Assembly (NCBI GenBank): GCA_017853715.1
Contig: JAFMIZ010000006.1
Coordinates: 1-57,570 of the forward strand
DNA: 57,570 bases
Reading direction: 5' to 3'
DNA from: Pedosphaera sp.
GTDB lineage: Bacteria > Verrucomicrobiota > Verrucomicrobiia > Limisphaerales > DSYF01
The notes beneath the pieces are model-generated. The model searched no databases and had not been told where the DNA came from. It worked only from the letters and a program-made list of their open reading frames with translations. Every line of letters begins with the position of its first letter. The stretch's first letter is position 1. A program made the position numbers and the translations under genes. Of the stretch, positions 51,350-57,570 are shown piece by piece.

Positions 51350-53320
51350 TTACTGCTTCCCTTGCACCAACGCAGTCACCACGCCTGGATCGGCCAGTGT
51401 CGTCACATCACCGATCTGGTCGGTCTGGTTTTCGGCGATCTTGCGCAGGATGCGGCGCATGATCTTGCCTGAGCGCGTCTTGGGCAATCCGGGTGCGAAC
51501 TGCAATTTATCTGGCGCAGCGATCGGCCCAATCTCCTTGCGCACATGCAGCACGAGTTCCTTCTTCAACTCGTCGGTTGGATGGATACCGTCCTTCAAGG
51601 TCACAAACGCATAGAGCGCCTGACCTTTCACATCATGCGGCATCGGCGCAACGGCTGCTTCGGCCACCTTGGGATGGCTCACCAGCGCGCTCTCCACTTC
51701 CGCCGTGCCGATGCGATGCCCAGACACGTTCACCACGTCATCAATACGACCCATCAGCCAGTAATCACCATCGGGATCAATGCGGCAGCCGTCGCCCGTG
51801 AAATACATGTTCGCAAACATCGTGAAGTAGGTGTCAATGAAACGGTCGTGGTCACCCCATGTGGTGCGCATCATGCCCGGCCACGGTTTCTTGATGCACA
51901 ACTTGCCGCCCTCGTTCGGTGCGCACGGCGTCCCGTCGTCTTTCAAAACCACCGGTTCGACGCCAAAGAACGGTCTGCCCGCGCTGCCCGGTTTGAGCGT
52001 GTGCGCGCCCGGCAAAGGCGTGATCAAGTGCCCGCCAGTCTCTGTTTGCCACCATGTGTCCACGATGGGGCAACGTTCCTTGCCGATGACGCGGTAATAC
52101 CACATCCATGCCTCGGGGTTTATCGGTTCGCCCACTGAACCCAGCACGCGCAGGGAACTGAGATTGTATTTGTTCGGCCATTCCTCGCCCAAACGAATCA
52201 ACGAACGAATCGCCGTCGGCGCAGTGTAGAACGAGGTGACTTTGTATTTCTCGCAGACCTGCCAGAACCGTCCTGCGTCCGGGAACGTCGGCACGCCCTC
52301 AAACATCAGGCTCGTGGCGCCAATGCACAGGGGACCGTAAACAATATAGGTGTGACCAGTCACCCAGCCGATGTCCGCCGTGCACCAATAGATGTCATCG
52401 TCGTGGAGGTCGAAGGTGTATTTGGTCGTGAGCGCTGCGTGCAACAAATACCCCGCCGTGCTGTGGACCACGCCCTTGGGTTTGCCCGTCGAGCCGGAGG
52501 TGTAGAGCATGAACAGGTAATCCTCCGCGTTCATCGCCTCCGCCGGACAGTCCGAGCTCGCCGTAGCCATCACATCATGCCACCAAATGTCGCGCTTATT
52601 ATCAAAGTGACAGGGCGCGTCGGTGCGCTTTACCACCACAACGCGTTCAATGCTCGGCGTATGCTGCAGGGCCTCGTCCGCAATATCCTTCAGCGGAATG
52701 TTCTTTCCCGCGCGCAAACCGACGTTCGCCGTGATGAGCAGTTTGCAGGTGGAATCGTTGATGCGCCCCGACAGCGCTTCCGCGCTGAAACCTCCGAAGA
52801 TAATGGAGTGAATCGCCCCGATGCGTGTGCAGGCCAGCATGGCCACGGCCAACTCGGTGATCATGGGCATGTAGATCGCCACACGGTCGCCCTTGTGCAC
52901 GCCTAGGGATTTCATCACGTTGGCAAACTTGCACACCTCCTTGTGCAACTGCGCGTAGGTCAGCGTGTGCGTTTCCTCGTCCGCCTCGCCCTGCCAGACG
53001 ATGGCGGGTTTGTTGGGAATGGTCGTGAGGTGCCGGTCCAGGCAGTTCACGGAGACATTAAGCTGACCGTCTTCAAACCACGTGTGCCGGATATTGCGGC
53101 CCGCAGTGTTCCAGTTGTAACGACGCGCCACGGTCGGCGGCTTGGACCATTGCAGCGTCGCCGCCTGTTCCAGCCAGAACGCATCCGGTTCCTTCACCGA
53201 GCGGTCATACATCTTCTGGTAGGTGTCGGCGCTGATCCACGCGCGCTTCGCCGCCTCGGGTGAGGGCGGGAAGGTGCGGCTTTCCTGCAACAACGAATCG
53301 GTCTTGATGGGTTCAGGCAT
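51350..53320 (-). CDS. acs: Acetyl-CoA synthetase
   Basis: [42 protein letters not shown]. Confidence 0.97.
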   Translation of the reverse strand: MPEPIKTDSLLQESRTFPPSPEAAKRAWISADTYQKMYDRSVKEPDAFWLEQAATLQWSKPPTVARRYNWNTAGRNIRHTWFEDGQLNVSVNCLDRHLTTIPNKPAIVWQGEADEETHTLTYAQLHKEVCKFANVMKSLGVHKGDRVAIYMPMITELAVAMLACTRIGAIHSIIFGGFSAEALSGRINDSTCKLLITANVGLRAGKNIPLKDIADEALQHTPSIERVVVVKRTDAPCHFDNKRDIWWHDVMATASSDCPAEAMNAEDYLFMLYTSGSTGKPKGVVHSTAGYLLHAALTTKYTFDLHDDDIYWCTADIGWVTGHTYIVYGPLCIGATSLMFEGVPTFPDAGRFWQVCEKYKVTSFYTAPTAIRSLIRLGEEWPNKYNLSSLRVLGSVGEPINPEAWMWYYRVIGKERCPIVDTWWQTETGGHLITPLPGAHTLKPGSAGRPFFGVEPVVLKDDGTPCAPNEGGKLCIKKPWPGMMRTTWGDHDRFIDTYFTMFANMYFTGDGCRIDPDGDYWLMGRIDDVVNVSGHRIGTAEVESALVSHPKVAEAAVAPMPHDVKGQALYAFVTLKDGIHPTDELKKELVLHVRKEIGPIAAPDKLQFAPGLPKTRSGKIMRRILRKIAENQTDQIGDVTTLADPGVVTALVQGKQ

Positions 53321-53448
53321 GGCAGTTGGTACTAGTATTTTGAATTGGAAATGGTGTAGCCCAGAATGAAGAGCAGGCCAATTCCCTTTTTAGAATTTCG
53401 CCCGGAACTTGAATCGCACCGCCCCGGCGGCTAAAACCACCGCAACGA

Positions 53449-54030
53449 ATGCATCCAGCCACGCGCTTAACCGGACTTTCACCCGCTGTGTTCCTCGACC
53501 GCGACGGCACGATGATTGAGGAGCGGGAATATCTCTGCCGGCCCGAGGGCGTAGCGCTGTATCCCGGCGCGGGCAAGGCCCTGCGGCAGCTGATGGACGC
53601 GGGCTTCAAGCTGGTAGTTGTCACCAACCAGTCCGGCATTGGCCGCGGGTATTACACCGAGGCCGACATGCATCGCGTGAATGACCGCATGTTGGAACTG
53701 CTCGCCATCGATGGCGTCCGCATCGAGAAAATTTACTTTGCCCCGGAAGCTCCGGACCAGCCCAGCCGCGGTCGCAAGCCGAGTCCGCAATTCCTTTTCG
53801 ACGCCCGGGAGGAACTCGGGCTCGACCTCGCCCAAAGCTGCATCATCGGTGACAAACTGATTGATCTCGAGTGCGGTTGGAACGCAGGCGTGCGCCAGGC
53901 CATCCTCGTGCGCACCGGCTACGGAAAGAAGCTCGAGCAGAGTCAGCCCGAGGCGGTAGCGCGGGCTTGGGTGGTGGATGACCTGACGGCGGCGGCTGCC
54001 CGAATCGCGGGCGTTGACCACGCTCGGTGA
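53449..54030 (+). CDS. gmhB: D-glycero-D-manno-heptose 1,7-bisphosphate phosphatase (HAD IIIA)
   Basis: FLDRDGT, VTNQSGIGRG, RKP, IGDK..D, LVRTGYG. Confidence 0.85.
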   Translation: MHPATRLTGLSPAVFLDRDGTMIEEREYLCRPEGVALYPGAGKALRQLMDAGFKLVVVTNQSGIGRGYYTEADMHRVNDRMLELLAIDGVRIEKIYFAPEAPDQPSRGRKPSPQFLFDAREELGLDLAQSCIIGDKLIDLECGWNAGVRQAILVRTGYGKKLEQSQPEAVARAWVVDDLTAAAARIAGVDHAR

Positions 54031-54094
54031 TTTCTTCACGCGACCGGAGACAAAGCGCATTGACTCATTTCGGAAATCCCCGATTGTGGCTGCG

Positions 54095-54505
54095 ATGAGC
54101 GATGCACGAAAGGGACGTTTGAATGAAATTCGCGCAGCGCTGCTCGATTTGCACAAGGCGCTCGTGGTTTCCGAACGCGCCAGCTACGAAAAAACCGTCG
54201 GTCCCATCCAGTCCTCCACCCACTTTCTCAACCTGCTCACGAGCGACCCGTGGTTCGCTTGGCTGCAGCCCGTGTCGCATCTGATTGTCACCATCGACGA
54301 ACGCATGGAATCCGACGAGCCACTGACGGATGCGATGGTGGAAAGCACAATTCAAGAGACTCGCACGCTACTGGCCCCATCGGAGGACGGCCAGGGATTC
54401 GCCCGACATTACTTTGAAGCCCTGCAAGCCGACGCCGACGTAGTGATCACCCATTCCGACCTGATGCAGGTGCTGGGCAAGCTCAAGCCTAACGGCCAGA
54501 TATAG
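54095..54505 (+). CDS. Hypothetical protein
   Basis: Plausible helical protein (LHKALV...YE...G, DPWFAWL) filling the gap on the coding strand. Confidence 0.75.
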   Translation: MSDARKGRLNEIRAALLDLHKALVVSERASYEKTVGPIQSSTHFLNLLTSDPWFAWLQPVSHLIVTIDERMESDEPLTDAMVESTIQETRTLLAPSEDGQGFARHYFEALQADADVVITHSDLMQVLGKLKPNGQI

Positions 54506-54539
54506 CGGTGCTTACCAGCATTCGCAGGCACAGCTCCCG

Positions 54540-55181
54540 ATGAATTCGAAACCCAAAGCTGCCGTTGCAAAGCTGGTGGGGTTGTTCGTAATGGTGGGCG
54601 CTTGGGTATGCCTGCCGTTGTTGGTTTTCGGACAGGGCTTCGCGCTTCCTTGGTTGGAGTCGCATCAGGAGAAAGCCGCCGTATTGATGCTCCTAGCCAT
54701 CGGTCTGCTCGCAGTGGATTCCGTCGCACCGATTCCCTCCACGCTGGTGATCATGTTTCTGGCTGCCAAAGCGGGTGTGCTGGCCAGCGTTGTGGGCAGC
54801 ACGATTGGACTTACGCTCGGCGTGTTGACTTCGGTTTGGTTCGGTCGTGCGGCGGTGGGGCGCGTCGCGCCAAAGTTCATTTCAGACGACGAGCTAAAAC
54901 GACTGGGTGTTGGCGTGCAAAACCGCCTGAGCCTGACGCTGGCTTGCTGGCGCGCTGTGCCGGTGATGGCGGAGGCCAGTGTCATCACTGCGGCGGCGGC
55001 GGGAGTACCGACCCGAAAAATCTTCACCGCCACCCTGCTGCCAAACGTCATCGTAGCCATAATCTACTCGGTAGCAGCCAAAGACTCCGTGCACATCGCC
55101 TGTGCCGCCTTCTCCGCCACACTGGCCGCGTCCGCCTTGCTCTGGTGGCTGTTGGCGAAGCGCAATCCCGCCGAGGCATAG
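54540..55181 (+). CDS. VTT/DedA-like membrane protein
   Basis: Multi-TM, D...PIPS, R.VPV.AE motifs. Confidence 0.75.
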   Translation: MNSKPKAAVAKLVGLFVMVGAWVCLPLLVFGQGFALPWLESHQEKAAVLMLLAIGLLAVDSVAPIPSTLVIMFLAAKAGVLASVVGSTIGLTLGVLTSVWFGRAAVGRVAPKFISDDELKRLGVGVQNRLSLTLACWRAVPVMAEASVITAAAAGVPTRKIFTATLLPNVIVAIIYSVAAKDSVHIACAAFSATLAASALLWWLLAKRNPAEA

Positions 55182-55245
55182 AATGACTGCTTCGCTTACG
55201 CCCTGCCTGGTTGAGGTGTTGAACTTAGAAGTAGGTGGAGAAAAT

Positions 55246-55322
55246 TGGAGCGAGCGAAGGGATTCGAACCCTCGACAATCACGTTGGCAACGTGATGCTC
55301 TACCAGGCTGAGCTACGCTCGC
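55246..55322 (-). tRNA. tRNA-Gly (GCC)
   Basis: Reverse complement GCGAGCG...TCACG-TTGCCAA-CGTGA...GGTTCGAATCC...CGCTCGC-T-CCA forms a cloverleaf with encoded CCA. Confidence 0.97.
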
Positions 55323-55339
55323 TTCCAAAAGCGTGCGCA

Positions 55340-55367
55340 AGAATACGGATGCCGCCCCTGATTGCAA
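55340..55367 (-). promoter_or_regulatory. Putative tRNA-Gly promoter
   Basis: TTGCAA-16 nt-TATTCT upstream of the tRNA. Confidence 0.5.
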
Positions 55368-55419
55368 GTCTGGATTTGGGCCATTTTCAGCCTGCCTCCC
55401 CCCCGCAACGGCAGCAAAG

Positions 55420-55445
55420 AGGCGGGCATCTGACGACGCCCGCCT
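55420..55445 (-). terminator. Possible mdh terminator
   Basis: AGGCGGGC...GCCCGCCT stem with a weak T tract. Confidence 0.45.
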
Positions 55446-55475
55446 GCCTGCCTGACAAACATTTTGAAATCCGAA

Positions 55476-56465
55476 TCAACCCAGCAGTTCGGCCACCAGC
55501 CCTTTTTCTTCCTTAAGCTCGTTCTCCGTGGCGGCGATCTTGGCGCGGCTGAATTCGTTCAACGGCACGTCCTGCACGATGCTCCAGTTCTTGCCGTCAC
55601 TGCGGATCGGGTAGCTGAACATGATGCCCTTCTCGATGCCGTAGTCGCCGGGCGAAGCAACTGCCACGCTGAACCAGTCGCCGGGTCTGGTGGGCGTGGT
55701 GAGATTGCGCACGGTGTCCACCACGGCGTTCGCGGCACTCGCTGCGCTGCTCAAGCCGCGAGCCTTGATGATTGCCGCGCCGCGCTGTTGCACAGTGGTG
55801 ATAAAATCACCCTTGAGCCACGCTTCGTCCTGGATAACCGAGGGAACCGGCTGTCCGTTGATCTTCGCGTTGGGAAAATCGGGATACATGGTGGCGCTGT
55901 GGTTGCCCCAGATCGCGAGGTTGGTGATGGCCGTGACGTCCACGGCCGCCTTCTTCGCCAGCTGCGTCTTCGCGCGATTCTCGTCGAGCATGGTCATGGC
56001 GAAGAATTGATTCTCCGGCACACCCTTCGCGTTGGCCTTGGCGATGAGCGCGTTGGTGTTGCAGGGGTTGCCCACCACGAGGGTGCGCACATCGCTGGCA
56101 GCATTCTTCGCGATGGCCTGACCCTGACTGGTGAAAATCTTGCCGTTGATGCCAAGCAGGTCCTTGCGTTCCATGCCTTGCTTGCGCGGCACGGCGCCAA
56201 CGAGCAACGCCCAGTTCACGCTTTTGAAGCCCTCATCCAAGCTGGAGGTTGGGACGATGCCTCTGAGCAGGGGAAACGCGCAGTCATCGAGCTCCATGCA
56301 AACCCCCTGCAACGCATTCATGGCTTTTTCATCGGGGATTTCGATGAGGTGGAGGATGACGGGCTGGTTGGGCCCGAACATCGCGCCGGAGGCGATGCGG
56401 AACAGGAGTGAGTAACCGATTTGACCGGCAGCACCGGTGACGGCGACGCGAATGGGATTGCTCAT
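55476..56465 (-). CDS. mdh: Malate dehydrogenase (type 2 family)
   Basis: [49 protein letters not shown]. Confidence 0.96.
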   Translation of the reverse strand: MSNPIRVAVTGAAGQIGYSLLFRIASGAMFGPNQPVILHLIEIPDEKAMNALQGVCMELDDCAFPLLRGIVPTSSLDEGFKSVNWALLVGAVPRKQGMERKDLLGINGKIFTSQGQAIAKNAASDVRTLVVGNPCNTNALIAKANAKGVPENQFFAMTMLDENRAKTQLAKKAAVDVTAITNLAIWGNHSATMYPDFPNAKINGQPVPSVIQDEAWLKGDFITTVQQRGAAIIKARGLSSAASAANAVVDTVRNLTTPTRPGDWFSVAVASPGDYGIEKGIMFSYPIRSDGKNWSIVQDVPLNEFSRAKIAATENELKEEKGLVAELLG

Positions 56466-56588
56466 GATGATTTAGATTTTGATATCGTAACTGGGCACGC
56501 AGTATGAAAGGCGTGGCGACGACTCGCAAGCCCATGTCCTGATTGGTTGGAGGGTTTAGGTCGGCTGCTCCACACCGGAATAGAAGGG

Positions 56589-57570
56589 TTAATTGACCGA
56601 GCGTTTGCCGCGCATGGCGAGCAACCACACCATCAGCAATCCCCCAAACGCCACCCCGGCGGCCACGGGCATCAGCCGGAGCAGCGCGGGCAGTGACGTG
56701 CCGAACGTCAGGAGAATGAGCCAATAGGCCAGGCCCAGCACTCCGTAGAGCAGCGCCAGGCGCGACCATCGGCTGGCTAGCGACCAGAATGCCAGCGATT
56801 GAAGCAACCCCACGAACACCATGGTGACGGACAGCGGCACCAACATCGCGTGAACCTCCGGCGAGTAGCGGTTGAGAATCTTCAGGCAGAGGCCACCCAG
56901 GGCAATTAAACCTGCCGCGCCGCACGCCAGCCCGCCCGCATAAAGGGCGAGCAGTTTTAATTGCTCGCGCAAGTCATCCGCCTGTTGCCGCCCCGAGCGA
57001 TAGGTAAACAGCACGGTGAGCAGCGGTGCCACCGTCAATGGCAGCGCCCTCGCCAGCAGCCCGGCGGCGGTGTAGGCGTCCAGGTCTTCCTTGCCGAGAT
57101 AGCGTTTGGCCACCAGCTGGTCGCCTTGCATGAAACAGTAGCCTCCACCCACGCACGCGAGTGAGATGAAAATGAAGCTGATGAACTCGGGGGTCCAGGG
57201 CGATTCCGGGTGGTCACTGGGAAGAGCGAGTTGCTTGCGCCACCTGAGCAGGATGAGGTTGGCGAGCAATCCGGCGGCGGAGATGAGCACCACGACCTCC
57301 GCCATCATGTGCCAGTGCGAGGCCCCGAAGCCGAGCACCACGCGCACTGTCACCATACCCAGCCCAATGGCTGCCAGCCGCTTGAACCAGCCCAACCCCT
57401 GACATAACGCCGTGGCAAAAGCCCCCCACCACAAGGCGAGAACGTAAAAGACGATGGTGAGCACCAAACTGGAACGCGGGAAACCGAAGAACGCGCTGAT
57501 GGGTTTCACCAGCAACAGAGCGAGCAACGAACCGGTCCAGGTCAGATGGAACAGAAATTTGCGGCAGCCG
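56589..57570 (-). CDS. Polysaccharide flippase/MATE-like membrane protein, 5' end outside window
   Basis: Multi-TM ORF that appears to continue to the window edge; D.LVAK.YL...YTAA...R motif. Confidence 0.65.
   Translation of the reverse strand, partial: GCRKFLFHLTWTGSLLALLLVKPISAFFGFPRSSLVLTIVFYVLALWWGAFATALCQGLGWFKRLAAIGLGMVTVRVVLGFGASHWHMMAEVVVLISAAGLLANLILLRWRKQLALPSDHPESPWTPEFISFIFISLACVGGGYCFMQGDQLVAKRYLGKEDLDAYTAAGLLARALPLTVAPLLTVLFTYRSGRQQADDLREQLKLLALYAGGLACGAAGLIALGGLCLKILNRYSPEVHAMLVPLSVTMVFVGLLQSLAFWSLASRWSRLALLYGVLGLAYWLILLTFGTSLPALLRLMPVAAGVAFGGLLMVWLLAMRGKRSVN

Noticed and set aside
55182-55322. tRNA-Gly as an integration site for a genomic island
   Set aside because: No integrase, no duplicated tRNA 3' end noticed, and flanking genes are housekeeping-like.

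Overview
GC-rich bacterial chromosomal window of mostly housekeeping genes; gene content and repeat style suggest Verrucomicrobiota (inference only). In order it holds: a partial parE/gyrB-type topoisomerase subunit missing from the ORF track; an M32 carboxypeptidase; a GldA/F/G-like ABC + DUF4340 + AsmA-like operon and a degP-like protease; a RelE-fold gene and an HNH gene; malQ; yicC-gmk-coaC; an NtrC-type two-component pair; hopanoid genes (hpnD, hpnG-like); ruvC-ruvA; a U32/RlhA-like gene; pdxA-surA; aroF; a CHASE-LOV-GAF hybrid kinase; a partial suf cluster; acs; gmhB; tRNA-Gly(GCC); and mdh. No integrase, transposase, prophage or CRISPR array was seen. The four most notable signals are not named by the ORF track. 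(1) An apparently leaderless 26-aa leader peptide rich in Phe/Tyr/Trp, with a terminator/antiterminator pair, precedes DAHP synthase and looks like an attenuator sensing all three aromatic amino acids. (2) The U32 gene carries about six in-frame insertions derived from repeat families, some also seen elsewhere in the window. (3) A 20-aa Lys/Ala mini-gene has a strong SD and a downstream hairpin carrying an anti-SD sequence. (4) A LOV domain keeps its photoactive Cys but lacks the conserved Gln. All product calls come from motif recognition by eye; no database search was run.
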